The notes below the pieces were generated by a model. The model did not search any database. It had not been told where the DNA came from and was given only the letters and a program-made list of their open reading frames with translations. From Candidatus Latescibacterota bacterium (GTDB taxonomy: Bacteria > Latescibacterota > UBA2968 > UBA8231): a DNA stretch of 64,000 nt. Positions 28,816-39,162 of this stretch are shown here, in pieces; position 1 is the stretch's first letter; each line of letters starts with the position of its first letter. The translations under genes and the position numbers were made by a program. Location: the NCBI GenBank assembly GCA_964291625.2, contig OZ220089.1, forward strand, positions 2,432,001 to 2,496,000, written 5' to 3'.

Positions 28816-29925
28816 CTAGCGAGGGGGGCGAACCGGGGTGGGGGGCACAGGCCGGAGACGCTGGTACCACTCGGTGAGGACCTTTTCGGCGGGCTTGCCG
28901 AGGGGCGTGAATCCGCCCTGCTCCTCACCACCACGCAGGTCGGAGTGCCACTTCCACCAGTACATGCCGTGGAACCATGGGCGCGGCCAGAACGCCTCCA
29001 GCACGGCTTGGTAGCACAGGGCCTGCTCCTCCATCGACAGGTCCGGCTCCGGCCGGCGCGTCCACTCCCAGGGCCGCAGGCTGGCGCCGCGCACCGACTT
29101 GTAGCCGATCTCCGTGAGCAGCACCGGGCGCCCGGTGAGCTGGTGGAGCGCCTCGATCTCGTCCGCGATCCTCACGGCGCCGGCGCGCAGCTGCTCGAGG
29201 GTGGGGTCCGGCTGCTCGAGGCCGGGATCCGGTGGCTCCGCGAGGGGGAAGAAGGCGTTGATGCCGATGTAGTCGAGAGCATCCCAGAACTCGACCCGGT
29301 CGTACTCCTCCCACCAGTTCGCCGCGTACGTCAGCGGCCCCGGGTAGGCCTCGCGCACTCGTGCGATCAGCCGCCGCCAGTCCTCCGGCCGCTCCCTGGC
29401 GACGCGGGTGAGCTCGACGCCGACGCAGAAGATCTCCACCCCCTCCTCCGCCGCGATGCGGGCGTAGTGGAGGACGAAGCTCTCGTAGTGGCTCCACCAC
29501 TGCTGCCAGGCCTCCTCCGTGGCCATGCCGATGGTGCCACGCCAGTGATCGCTGCTCTGCCGGCGCACCCAGACGTGGGGCTTGAGCATGACCTTGAAGC
29601 CGAGCCGGCGGGCCTCGCGGATGCCGTGGCGCAGGTGGTCGTCGGGCGGGTCTCTCCCGAAGCGCAGGTCCGCGTCGTCCACCGTGCGCTGGTAGGCGAA
29701 GGGATTGAGGGCGGCCCACTCGACGTTGACCCGGCGGAGATGCTCCAGCGCGGCCGTCGAGGTTCCGGACATCAGGTTGTCGTCGCTGCCGTAGCCATGG
29801 GTGAAGGTCATGCCCTTCTGAAAGACGGGCCGGTGCGCCGAGGGCTGGGCCCGGAGGGGCAGGGCCCAAACCAGGCAGACCCAGGCCAGGAAGAGCGCGA
29901 ACGCGGGACGGGCGGCGGCGCTCAC
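28816..29925 (-). CDS. Glycoside hydrolase family 113-like TIM-barrel protein
   Basis: Signal peptide, KVMLKPHVW, WRGTI, FCVGVEL, LTYAANW, FWDALDYIGINAFFP, LTEIGY, YWWKW. Confidence 0.85.
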   Translation of the reverse strand: MSAAARPAFALFLAWVCLVWALPLRAQPSAHRPVFQKGMTFTHGYGSDDNLMSGTSTAALEHLRRVNVEWAALNPFAYQRTVDDADLRFGRDPPDDHLRHGIREARRLGFKVMLKPHVWVRRQSSDHWRGTIGMATEEAWQQWWSHYESFVLHYARIAAEEGVEIFCVGVELTRVARERPEDWRRLIARVREAYPGPLTYAANWWEEYDRVEFWDALDYIGINAFFPLAEPPDPGLEQPDPTLEQLRAGAVRIADEIEALHQLTGRPVLLTEIGYKSVRGASLRPWEWTRRPEPDLSMEEQALCYQAVLEAFWPRPWFHGMYWWKWHSDLRGGEEQGGFTPLGKPAEKVLTEWYQRLRPVPPTPVRPPR

Positions 29926-31439
29926 CGAAACAGCCCCTGGAGACGGTCGGTACGCGAGACTTTGGGCAGGTACCCCCGCAAGCGGCCCTCGCCGACCGGC
30001 ACGGCCCGGCAGACGGGGTGGCTGCCGTAGAAGCAGATGACCTCTCCCGCCGGCGGCGAGGGCAGGGCCACCTCCTCCCCGCGGAAGAGCCCCGCCACCT
30101 GCGGCCAGGAGAGGTCCAGGCGCCGCTCCGGCACGAGGTGCCCCCAGAGAGCCACGGCCTGCTGCGACAGATGCAGGGCCCCCTTGTGCAGACCGGCCAC
30201 GCGCATCCCGGTACGCACGAACCACGGGAATTCCCCCTGGAGCCGGGCGGCCCCCGCGGGCCTCAGGTGGAGGTGCCGCCGGCCGGCGACCAGCTCCTGG
30301 CCGGCGGGGACCTCCGGCGCGAATCCCCAGCGCTCGACGATCCTGTCCGCCATGCCGGCGGGATCGGGGTCAGGGGGAGGCCCGGCCAGCCGTCGACCCG
30401 CGTCGCCCTCGACCGGCTCCCACTCGGTGGCCCCCCGCTTGCCCACGGCCGCGACGAAGGCCCCCTCGGTAGCGTGCTCGTGGGGCCACACGCGGACGCA
30501 CCCTCCGAAGGCGGGGGGATAGCGGGCGGCGGCATCCGCCGCCAGGCCGGATGCCGCCACCGCGGCTGCCGGCTCGATGTGGACGAGCTCCCCGTACCTC
30601 TTCACCAGCCCCAGGAGGACGTCCTCGTTCTCCTCCGTCGACAACGAACAGGTCGAGTAGACGAGACGGCCCCCCGGCCGCAGCATGTGGAATGCGGCCC
30701 TCAGGAGGCCGACCTGCTGCACGCTCTTGCGGCGGGCGTCCTCGGGCGACCACCAGGCGAGCATGTGCCGGTCCTTGCACAAGATGCCGTCGCCGGAGCA
30801 GGGAGCGTCCAGCAGGACGCGGTCGAAGACGTTGTGGAACCAGCGCGCCATCATCGACCCCGGGGCCCCGGTGATCAGAGTGTTGTGGGCTCCGCAACGC
30901 TCGAGGTGGCCCACGAGCGCCGGCCGGCGCCGGGCGCCGGGCTCGTTGGCGACCAGGAGCCCGCTGTTGCCGAGGGCCGCGGCGATCTGCGTCGCCTTGC
31001 CGCCGGGGGCCGCGGCCATGTCGAGGACGAGCTGGCCCGGGCGGGGATCGAGGACGACGACCGCGAGGGTGGTGGCCTTGGCCTGGACGTACAAGCCTCC
31101 GAGGCGGTACTCCAGGCTGTGGCCGACGGCGGCGGACATGTCCGCCGGCAGGGTGAAGGCGTCGGGGGACCAGGGCACTCCTTCGGCCTTCTCCACCAGC
31201 GATCCACGCAGGCCCTCCGCCATCGGCAGCAGGGAGTTGAGCCGTACGCACGTGGAGGGCTCGGCCACCATCGCGGCTCGGAAGGCCGATGACCGCCCCG
31301 GGTCGGGCAGGAGTCGCTGCAGATGGGCCAGCAGCGCCTCCTGACGTTCCTCCTCCGGGCGCTCCAGGCCCCGCCGGCCCGAGCCTTCTTTGCACCTGCC
31401 CTGTGTTGTCGCGTTATTCATCGGTGACGCGCACCCCAC
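29922..31439 (-). CDS. RsmB/NOP (RsmF-like) RNA cytosine-C5 methyltransferase
   Basis: YVQ, VLDMAAAPGGKAT, ANE, FDRVLLDAPCSGDG, VYSTCS..EENE; start uncertain. Confidence 0.92.
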   Translation of the reverse strand: MGCASPMNNATTQGRCKEGSGRRGLERPEEERQEALLAHLQRLLPDPGRSSAFRAAMVAEPSTCVRLNSLLPMAEGLRGSLVEKAEGVPWSPDAFTLPADMSAAVGHSLEYRLGGLYVQAKATTLAVVVLDPRPGQLVLDMAAAPGGKATQIAAALGNSGLLVANEPGARRRPALVGHLERCGAHNTLITGAPGSMMARWFHNVFDRVLLDAPCSGDGILCKDRHMLAWWSPEDARRKSVQQVGLLRAAFHMLRPGGRLVYSTCSLSTEENEDVLLGLVKRYGELVHIEPAAAVAASGLAADAAARYPPAFGGCVRVWPHEHATEGAFVAAVGKRGATEWEPVEGDAGRRLAGPPPDPDPAGMADRIVERWGFAPEVPAGQELVAGRRHLHLRPAGAARLQGEFPWFVRTGMRVAGLHKGALHLSQQAVALWGHLVPERRLDLSWPQVAGLFRGEEVALPSPPAGEVICFYGSHPVCRAVPVGEGRLRGYLPKVSRTDRLQGLFR

Positions 31440-31487
31440 GCGCGGGATGTTAATTTCCGCCCTCTCCCAGATTCAGCAAGGACCCCG

Positions 31488-32159
31488 TTGGCAGCCGGCG
31501 ATACCTACATCGTCAGCGACCTCCACCTGGGCAGCGCCTACTTCCGCCACGAGAGTTTCCTGCGCTTTCTCAGGGAGCTTCCGGAGGGGGTGCGGCTCGT
31601 CCTCAACGGCGACACCATCGACGACCCGGCCGATCCGCTGCCGCCCGAGCACGAGCAGGTGCTGCACCGCCTGGTGGAGGAGTCCTCCCGGCGCCCCGTG
31701 GTCTTCGTCTACGGGAACCACGACGAGGGCTTCGGCCTCGACGAGCCCGGCGGGATCGAGTTCGTGCACCGGCTGACGGTGGACGGGCGGCTTCTGGTCG
31801 TGCACGGCGACAAGCTCGACGGAGTGATGCCGCGCCATCCCTGGTTCATCGCGGCCTTCAGGCGCTTCCACCGGTTGCGGGTCCGCCTCGGGCTGGAGGA
31901 TGTCCACGTGGCCCACTACGCCAAGAGCTGGCGCCTCCTGTACCGGGTGCTCAACGACCACGTCGCCCACCGCGCCCTGGACACCGCCCGGGCCCAGGGG
32001 CTGCGGGCGATCACCTGCGGACATACCCACGCTCCGATGGATCTGGAGCACGACGGGCGACGCTATCTGAACACCGGGGCCTGGACCGAAGAGCCCCACC
32101 ACTACGTCGCGGTCTCGGGCGGCCGGATCGAGTTGAAGGTCTATCCGAATGGCGCCTGA
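31488..32159 (+). CDS. Metallophosphoesterase, LpxH-like UDP-2,3-diacylglucosamine diphosphatase family
   Basis: SDLHLG, LNGD, GNHD, VHGD, CGHTH, YLNTGAW. Confidence 0.85.
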   Translation: MAAGDTYIVSDLHLGSAYFRHESFLRFLRELPEGVRLVLNGDTIDDPADPLPPEHEQVLHRLVEESSRRPVVFVYGNHDEGFGLDEPGGIEFVHRLTVDGRLLVVHGDKLDGVMPRHPWFIAAFRRFHRLRVRLGLEDVHVAHYAKSWRLLYRVLNDHVAHRALDTARAQGLRAITCGHTHAPMDLEHDGRRYLNTGAWTEEPHHYVAVSGGRIELKVYPNGA

Positions 32160-34431
32160 CCGGCGCCGGGGCGGCACCATCCCACGACTCCGCCGAACCC
32201 GCCGGGCGCTCTTCCTCCTCTCGCTGATCTGCGCCTCCTCCACGACGGCGCAGCCCGCGCCCCTGCGCTGGCCCCTCGACCTGAAGCCGGCGGCCCTCTC
32301 CTCCACCTTCGGCGAGACCCGCAGCTCCTCCTTCCACGCGGGGGTGGACCTGAAGACCTGGGGCAAGACCGGGTTCCAGGTGCACGCCGTGGCCGACGGA
32401 TGGGTGGAGCGGCTGCGCACCAGTCCATGGGGATACGGCCTCGCCCTGTACCAGCGGCTCGATGACGGGCGCGTCGTCGTCTACGCCCACTTGGAGAGGT
32501 TCTTCGCGCCGGCGGCCGAGCGGGTCCGTGCCGAGCAGCGCCGCACCCGGCAGTACACCGTCGATCTCTGGCTCGAGAAGGGGGACATCCGGATTCGCCG
32601 GGGCCAGGGGATCGCCTGGACCGGCCAGAGCGGCGCGGGCCCGCCGCACCTGCACCTGGAGATCCGCGACGCCGCCAACGCACCGGTGAACCCCCTGCTC
32701 CAGGGTATCGGACCCGTGGCCGACACGACGCCGCCGGTGCTCCGAGGCCTGATGCTCCTGCCCATCGGGCCCGGGTCCACCGTGGACGGCGGCCACCTCC
32801 GCCGGCAGGTTCCCCTGAGCGCCTCCGGCCGAGGCCGCTTCGTCGCCGCGCGGGAAGTGTCGGCCTGGGGGCGTCTCGGGATCGGGGTGAACTCCCACGA
32901 CCAGGCCGACGAGGCGCCCAACAAGCTCGCCGTCCTGGTCCACGAGCTGCACGTCGACGGCCAGCGGCTCCTGCGCTCGCGCTACCGCCGCTTCACCTAC
33001 GCCGACAGGCACCAGATGGCCCTCGACCGCCTGCGCCTCGAGGGCGGAGTCTACAGCCTGCTGTACCGCCGGCCCGGCAACCGGCTCTCCTTCTACGAGA
33101 CCGACGGTGGCGGCGACGGCACCGTCACCTGCGGCCCCGGAGGCCTGGAGGCGGGTACACACCGGATCGAGGTGCGGGCGAGCGACGCCGCCGGCAACGA
33201 GAGCCGCGCCGCCTTGAGCCTGCGCTGCTCCCCACCGCCGAGGGTCCGCTGGGCACGGCTGACCGAGTCGTCGGAGGGAGGCTTCCTGGACGCCGACCTG
33301 GCCATGGACGGCGGCGGCCGGCTCGCCGTCACCCTGTCGAGCTCCCCCGACGGCGAGGGCTGGAACGAGGTCCTCGTCGGGGAGGTGCCGGGCAGCGACG
33401 GCCCCTTCACCTGGGAGCTGCCCGGCCGGTCGCCGTTCTGGCGGCTGTCGCTGCGGGCCGGCGATGCCCCCTCGGAGTCCGTGGTCCTGGCCTTTGCTGG
33501 CGAAGCCGCCTCCCCCCGGCCCCCGGCCCTGCAAGTCACGGCCGAGGCGAGGACCGAGCACGCCCTGATCGACATCGAGGCCGGCGGTCCTGTCTCCGGC
33601 CTTCCCCTCGTCCAGATCGCGGGTTCGCCGGCGCAAATACCCGTCCGGCAGGTCGGCGAGTGGACCTATCGGGCGGTCGTACCCCTGCCCGGGCCGGAAG
33701 TGCACCCCGTTCTGGTGAGCGTCACCGCCAGGGGCGCCGGCGGCAACCGGTCGCGGCAGGACCTGGCCCTCTCCGGCCAGCGTCTGCGCCCCGGGGCTCG
33801 GGCGACCCTGAGCTACCTGGAGGACCACGTGCGGCTCCAGGCCTCGGCGGGCTCCGCCTACCAGCCCCTCGCTCCCCAGGCCCGGCGGTTCACCCCGAAG
33901 GCGTCCAAGGGCCTGCGCGCCACCGCTCTCGGCTGCCGGCTCGGTCCCGCCGACGCCGCCTTCGACGAGCCCCTTCGATTGTCGTTGCGGGTTCCGGCGG
34001 GCGTTCCGCTCGAGAAGGCCGGAGTCTACTCCTCCGCCAACGGCCGGGGGCGCTGGGGGTTCCGGGGCAACGACCGGCAGGAGGGAGGGCGCTACGTGAC
34101 GGCGAAGGTTCGCGCTCTTGGGCACTTCGCCGTGATGATTGACGAGACGCCGCCGGAGGTGAGCAGCGTGCGGCCGACACAGGGCTCCACCGTGACGACC
34201 CCCCGGTTCTCGGCGCGGGTCCTCGACCACGGCTCCGGCATCGGCCGCGAGAAAGATCTGGTCCTCGAGCTCGACGGGAAGCGCCTCATCTCGGAGTACG
34301 ATCCCGAGGCGGCCCGGGTGACGGCCGTACCCGACGCCCCCCTCGCGCCGGGACCCCACACGCTCGTGATCACGGTGCGCGACCGGGTCGCCAACGAGAC
34401 CCGGCGGCAGGTGACCTTCACCTCGCGGTAG
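32149..34431 (+). CDS. M23 family metallopeptidase with long C-terminal extension
   Basis: SSTFGE.R..SFHAGVD, GYG, YAHL, PHLHLEIR. Confidence 0.88.
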   Translation: MAPDRRRGGTIPRLRRTRRALFLLSLICASSTTAQPAPLRWPLDLKPAALSSTFGETRSSSFHAGVDLKTWGKTGFQVHAVADGWVERLRTSPWGYGLALYQRLDDGRVVVYAHLERFFAPAAERVRAEQRRTRQYTVDLWLEKGDIRIRRGQGIAWTGQSGAGPPHLHLEIRDAANAPVNPLLQGIGPVADTTPPVLRGLMLLPIGPGSTVDGGHLRRQVPLSASGRGRFVAAREVSAWGRLGIGVNSHDQADEAPNKLAVLVHELHVDGQRLLRSRYRRFTYADRHQMALDRLRLEGGVYSLLYRRPGNRLSFYETDGGGDGTVTCGPGGLEAGTHRIEVRASDAAGNESRAALSLRCSPPPRVRWARLTESSEGGFLDADLAMDGGGRLAVTLSSSPDGEGWNEVLVGEVPGSDGPFTWELPGRSPFWRLSLRAGDAPSESVVLAFAGEAASPRPPALQVTAEARTEHALIDIEAGGPVSGLPLVQIAGSPAQIPVRQVGEWTYRAVVPLPGPEVHPVLVSVTARGAGGNRSRQDLALSGQRLRPGARATLSYLEDHVRLQASAGSAYQPLAPQARRFTPKASKGLRATALGCRLGPADAAFDEPLRLSLRVPAGVPLEKAGVYSSANGRGRWGFRGNDRQEGGRYVTAKVRALGHFAVMIDETPPEVSSVRPTQGSTVTTPRFSARVLDHGSGIGREKDLVLELDGKRLISEYDPEAARVTAVPDAPLAPGPHTLVITVRDRVANETRRQVTFTSR

Positions 34432-34443
34432 CGGTGCGCGCGG

Positions 34444-35238
34444 CTAGGACTCCAGCCTGTCGATCAGCTCGCGGGCGACCCCCCGAAGGGCGATGGCCGC
34501 AGCAGCCTCTGGATGGGAGAGGACGGTGGGCGCGCCCTCGTCCGCATCGTCCCGCAGACGCGGATCGAGGGGGATCTCCCCGAGGAAGGGGATGCCCCGT
34601 CCGGCCGCGGCCGCCGCCCCGCCCCCGTGCCCGTAGGGATGGCTGTCGCCGCCGCAGGAAGGGCACTCGAAGGTGCACATGTTCTCGAGCAGACCGAGGA
34701 TGGGGACGTCGGTCTGGCGGAACATCTGAACGCCCCGGGCCACGTCTTCCAGGGCGAGGGTTGACGGCGTGGTGACGATGACGGCGCCGGTGAGAGGCGC
34801 GGTCTGCGTCAGGGTGAGCTGCACGTCCCCGGTGCCGGGAGGCAGGTCGAGGAGGAGGACATCGAGTTCCCCCCACTCCACCCAGAACAGAAACTGGGTG
34901 ACCATCTTGGCCAGCATGGGGCCCCGCCAGATGACCGGAACCCCGGCTTCGACAAGCAGTCCCATGGAGATGACGCGCACACCGGCGGCCTCGGCCGGGC
35001 GGATGCGCTGGGTGCGGGGAACCGCCTCGGCGCGGCCGGATACGCCAAGCATGCCGGGGATGTTCGGCCCGTAGATGTCGGCGTCCATCAGCCCGACGCG
35101 GCGGCCCTCGGCGGCCATGGCCACCGCCAGGTTGGCGCTCACGGTGGACTTGCCCACGCCTCCCTTGCCGCTCGATACGGCGAGCATATCTTTCACGCCT
35201 TCAACGACTTGACGATTGTGGGTCTGAATTTGAGCCAT
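34444..35238 (-). CDS. mrp: Mrp/NBP35 (ApbC) Fe-S cluster carrier ATPase
   Basis: SGKGGVGKST, DADIYGP, WRGP, DLPPGTGD, ENM..F.CPSC. Confidence 0.95.
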   Translation of the reverse strand: MAQIQTHNRQVVEGVKDMLAVSSGKGGVGKSTVSANLAVAMAAEGRRVGLMDADIYGPNIPGMLGVSGRAEAVPRTQRIRPAEAAGVRVISMGLLVEAGVPVIWRGPMLAKMVTQFLFWVEWGELDVLLLDLPPGTGDVQLTLTQTAPLTGAVIVTTPSTLALEDVARGVQMFRQTDVPILGLLENMCTFECPSCGGDSHPYGHGGGAAAAAGRGIPFLGEIPLDPRLRDDADEGAPTVLSHPEAAAAIALRGVARELIDRLES

Positions 35239-35264
35239 CCCTTGTACCGCCGGGGAATATCCCT

Positions 35265-36128
35265 TTGAGCCGGGGCCATGGCAAGACACTCCGGCCGCTG
35301 ATGGCCCTCGCCGCCATGGGACTGCTGTCCACCTGCCTCCTGTGGACCGCCTGCACCAGCGTCTCCCAGATGAAGAACCGCTACGAAGCGGGCGACGAAA
35401 GCCAGTACGACAAGATCCTCGAGGTGGCCGGCCGCCCGGATTATCCGTACGCCACCCGCAAGAGTGCGGTCAAGGTCCTTGGCGAGATCGGCGATCCTCG
35501 CGCCGTGCCCACCCTGATCAACATCCTGCGCGAGCTGTCCCAGCGCACCACCCTTCAGCAGGAGGCCATGATCGCCCTCGGCAGCATCGGCGACAGCTCG
35601 GCCGTCGCCGAGATCGGGCGCCTCCTCGACCGCAGCCTCAGCAGCTCCGGCGAGGAGTTGCGCATGGTGGCCATGCAGGTGCTGGGGCAGATCGGGGGGA
35701 CCGAGGCGGCCGAGATCCTGCTCAACGCCCTGTCCTACTACGACCGGGCCATGCTGATGGAGGAGAGCCGCAGCCTGAGAGGCGTGTTCACCGGCGACGA
35801 TCAGGGCCTCCGCGCCCTGCAGGACTCCCTGCGCCGCCCATTCGGCCTCACCGGCCAGGGCCCGGGCCTCCTCCCCGGCCAGCAGGGTCCAGTCGGCGGC
35901 TTCTTCGGTCCCGGCAGCGGCCCTTCCGGGCTGAGAGCCGAGGACACGACGCCCAAGGAGCGGGATCTCGCCCACCAGTCCCTGGTACGCGTCGGCGACC
36001 CCGCTCTCCCCGTCATCGAGCGGCACATGGCGCAGCGCGAAACCACGGTTACCCTGCGCAACGAGCTGGTCGAGATCGTCGAGCAGATCCGCCAAGGGCA
36101 GGATTCCGCCCCGGGTGAGGCAGGTTGA
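35265..36128 (+). CDS. HEAT-repeat lipoprotein
   Basis: Lipobox WTAC; repeated LGEIGDPRAV / LGSIGDSSAV / LGQIGG PBS-lyase HEAT units; start uncertain. Confidence 0.8.
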   Translation: MSRGHGKTLRPLMALAAMGLLSTCLLWTACTSVSQMKNRYEAGDESQYDKILEVAGRPDYPYATRKSAVKVLGEIGDPRAVPTLINILRELSQRTTLQQEAMIALGSIGDSSAVAEIGRLLDRSLSSSGEELRMVAMQVLGQIGGTEAAEILLNALSYYDRAMLMEESRSLRGVFTGDDQGLRALQDSLRRPFGLTGQGPGLLPGQQGPVGGFFGPGSGPSGLRAEDTTPKERDLAHQSLVRVGDPALPVIERHMAQRETTVTLRNELVEIVEQIRQGQDSAPGEAG

Positions 36129-36154
36129 CTTCGGCCGGGGTGCCCGGCTATAAT
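36125..36154 (+). promoter_or_regulatory. Sigma70 promoter
   Basis: TTGACT-N18-TATAAT, 66 nt upstream of ATG 36221. Confidence 0.65.
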
Positions 36155-36220
36155 AGCGCGTCTTTTTCCGGCGGATCCCCCTTCGCCCACCGCCGAGCCG
36201 AGCCGCCCCTTCCGACCTTC

Positions 36221-36991
36221 ATGACCGACGACATCAGCCGCATCCTCAAGGCCTGGACCTACGAGCCCGGGGAGTTGTGCGTCCGCAAGATCACGTCCGA
36301 GGACGGGCGCGACCTGATCCAGATCCGCATGGATCTGGGCATCATGCAATTGGAGTGGTCGGGGCGCCCCGACGGGGCCATCGTGCACGACCAGCCGTCG
36401 CTGCTCGACCACTACCGGGCCGAGCGTCGGCGCCACCACTCCTCGGGGAGCTCGGAGCCCTTCGTGTTGGGGCGGGAGGACTGCTGGGCCCTGGGCCAGG
36501 AGGCCATGCAGTACTACTGGCGCCGCATCAGCTTCTTCGAGCTGAAGCAGTACGAGCTGGCCGAGCAGGACGCTGTGCACAACCTGGGCATTCTCGACCT
36601 GTGCGGGGAGTTCGGCGAGCACGAGGAGGACCGGCAGATCCGTGACCAGTACCGGGTCTTCGTCACCGCCCACCGCATCCAGGCGCGGGCCCTGAAGCAT
36701 CTGGAGGAGGAGGACCACGGCAAGGCCCTTGCCGTCATCCGCGCGGGCATCACCGAGGTGGAAGGCATCCTGAGGAATAGCGGCGGCCCGGAGGCCATGG
36801 AGACCTGCACCGAGCTGGTCTTCCTGCGAGACTGGGAGCAGGAGGTCGAGGACAACCGGCCCCGGTCGCGAAGCGAGCAGTTGCGGGTCGACCTGGAGGC
36901 CGCGGTGGAGGAGGAGGAGTTCGAGCTGGCCGCGTCGCTGCGGGACAGGCTCAGGGAGATGGATACCGGCCGGGCCCACGGGCCACGGTAG
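36221..36991 (+). CDS. UvrB/UvrC-motif-containing protein
   Basis: IQIRMDLGIMQLE..GRPDG, EAMQYYWR, C-terminal AVEEEEFELAASLRDRL (UVR motif). Confidence 0.8.
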   Translation: MTDDISRILKAWTYEPGELCVRKITSEDGRDLIQIRMDLGIMQLEWSGRPDGAIVHDQPSLLDHYRAERRRHHSSGSSEPFVLGREDCWALGQEAMQYYWRRISFFELKQYELAEQDAVHNLGILDLCGEFGEHEEDRQIRDQYRVFVTAHRIQARALKHLEEEDHGKALAVIRAGITEVEGILRNSGGPEAMETCTELVFLRDWEQEVEDNRPRSRSEQLRVDLEAAVEEEEFELAASLRDRLREMDTGRAHGPR

Positions 36992-37008
36992 GGGGAGAGG
37001 CGGGGGAA

Positions 37009-37497
37009 ATGGCGAAACGGGTAGCACTGAACAAGCGGGACCGCGAGAAGATGAAGAAGTACCTCCTCGCGCGGCGGTCCGACATCCTGGACGACCTCGA
37101 CGGCACCGAGCAGGAGATCGACACCCTGCAGGACCCCAAGGCCGACGACCTCGACCGGGCCGTGGAGGCCGGCGCCATGGAGCTGCTCGTCGCCCTTGGC
37201 GATACCGAGCGCCGCGAGCTCGAGGAGATCACCCTGGCCCTGGAGAAGCTGGAGACCGGCACCTACGGGGAGTGCGAAGCCTGCCTGGAGACGCCCCTGA
37301 ACCTGTGCGAGGGATGCCCCTTCATCCCCAAGTTGCGGCTCGAGGCATTGCCCACGGCGCGCCTCTGCGTCGCCTGCCAGGAGGCGCAGGAGCAGAACCG
37401 CATCCCCACCTACACGAAGCTGCGGCCTCGGCGCGCCATCTTCCAGGACGGCGAGGAGTTTTCCCACCCCCTGATGGACAACAACGACAAGGACTGA
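37009..37497 (+). CDS. DksA/TraR family C4 zinc-finger protein
   Basis: Coiled-coil tip DDLDRA (DxxDxA), GTYGECEAC, RLEALP.ARLCVACQ. Confidence 0.88.
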   Translation: MAKRVALNKRDREKMKKYLLARRSDILDDLDGTEQEIDTLQDPKADDLDRAVEAGAMELLVALGDTERRELEEITLALEKLETGTYGECEACLETPLNLCEGCPFIPKLRLEALPTARLCVACQEAQEQNRIPTYTKLRPRRAIFQDGEEFSHPLMDNNDKD

Positions 37498-37521
37498 GGG
37501 TCCGCCTCCGGTAGGGGACGG

Positions 37522-39027
37522 CTATCCGTCCCCGGCCACCAACTCCTTCGGTTCCGCCATCGTCGCCAGGCGCAGATCCTGCAGGGCCCTCTGGTAGGAG
37601 ACCACGGCGTTGAGCGCCGAGGTACGCGCCTGGGTGAGATCGGTCTGCGCGTCGAGAAGCTCCTGGCTGTTGGCCAGGCCGAGCTCGAACCGGCTCTGCT
37701 CAACCTCGAAGGTCCGCTCCGCCACCTCCAGGGCTGAATTCAACAGCCGGATCTGGCGCTCCGCTTCCTGCACCGAGCGCACCGCCTCCCGCACCTCCAG
37801 CACCACCTGCTGGCGCACCTGCTCCGCCGTGAGCTCCCTCTGTTCCAGGTCGATCTCCGCCTGGCGCACCACGCCCCGGCGCCGACCGCCGTCGACGAGG
37901 GGCAGGCCCACGCGGATGTTGGCCGAGATGAGGCTGCGCTCCAGTGTCCGCCCCACGTCGTAGGGGTCGGGTCCGCGGCCGGTCAGGTTGACCCGGGCGC
38001 TCAGGGAGGCGGACGGACCCATGCTCTGGGCGGTTCGCTTCAAGTCCAGATGGGCGATTCGCTGCCGCAGGCGCTGCTGCTCCATGTCGGTGCGCCGCAC
38101 CAGGGCGACGGCGACGGCGGTCTCCTCGTCGACGGCCAGGATGGTGAAGTCGACCCTGGTGCTCACCGCCAGGGGGGCCTCGACGTCCATGGCCAGCACC
38201 TGCCGGAGGGCGTCGCGCCGGGACTCGATCCGGGTCGTCGCCTCGGCGTACTCTGCCTGGGCGCGCAACTCGTCGACCTCGAGCCGCAGCGCCTCGACCT
38301 CGGCGATGAGGCCGATCTCGAACTTGCGCCGGGCCAGTTCGAGGGCCGCCTGGGACTGATCCAGCCGCTGTTTCTGGATCTCCAGCTGACGGACGCCCTG
38401 GACCAGGTCGTAGTAGACGTTGACCACCCGGGACTCGAGCTGCACCCGTTGCCGTTGCAGGGTGGACAGCCCCGCGGCGTAGGACAGCTCGGCCGTGCGC
38501 AGTTGCAGCTCCTCCTCGGGATCGGTCAGGATCTCCTGCTCGTAGGCGAGGCTCAAGTCGGCGCTGTACTCCCGAAAGTCCTGGCGCCGATTGGAGCTGA
38601 AGTCGTTGCGGAACCCGGAACCGATGAGCGAGAACTCGCCGATGTTCCGGAACCGCTGGGACAGGCTGACCCGCCCCTCGTAGTCGAGGCGCGTGTCCTC
38701 CTGGCGGATGCGGGCCAGCAGGGCCTCGTTGTCGATGACGTCCCGCCTCTCGCTGTAGCTGGGCAGGGTCAGGTCGGCGTTGACGTTGGCCTCGAAGGGT
38801 GCCCGGGCGGCGCGCAGGCGCTCCCGGCCGGCGGCCAGAGTCGCCCGGTCGATCCTGTGGTCGAGGTTGTTCCGGTAGGCCAGGACCAGGCACTCCGGCA
38901 ACGTGAGGGTATCCGGAGTCGCGGCGACGGCGCCGGAGGGCTCCTCCCCGTGGGCGGCCGCGCTGAGCAGGCACACCAGAAGGGCCCCCATGGCCAAGGG
39001 CCGCACCGAGTTGCGACGGGCTCGCAT
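37522..39027 (-). CDS. TolC-family outer-membrane efflux protein
   Basis: LTLPEC.LAY.NN, YYDLV, RKFEIGL, LPLVDGG, RFELGL...ELLDAQ. Confidence 0.9.
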   Translation of the reverse strand: MRARRNSVRPLAMGALLVCLLSAAAHGEEPSGAVAATPDTLTLPECLVLAYRNNLDHRIDRATLAAGRERLRAARAPFEANVNADLTLPSYSERRDVIDNEALLARIRQEDTRLDYEGRVSLSQRFRNIGEFSLIGSGFRNDFSSNRRQDFREYSADLSLAYEQEILTDPEEELQLRTAELSYAAGLSTLQRQRVQLESRVVNVYYDLVQGVRQLEIQKQRLDQSQAALELARRKFEIGLIAEVEALRLEVDELRAQAEYAEATTRIESRRDALRQVLAMDVEAPLAVSTRVDFTILAVDEETAVAVALVRRTDMEQQRLRQRIAHLDLKRTAQSMGPSASLSARVNLTGRGPDPYDVGRTLERSLISANIRVGLPLVDGGRRRGVVRQAEIDLEQRELTAEQVRQQVVLEVREAVRSVQEAERQIRLLNSALEVAERTFEVEQSRFELGLANSQELLDAQTDLTQARTSALNAVVSYQRALQDLRLATMAEPKELVAGDG

Positions 39028-39162
39028 ACTGTTTCGATATAAGCAAAAGGGTGGACTTCCTCAATCGGGTTCCAGCTTGACTTGCCGTTCGCCGGCCGTG
39101 TTGTTTTTTCGGTACCCCGCCCGCTTCAGCGGCTCCGCCAAACCCGAAACGACGATGGACCC

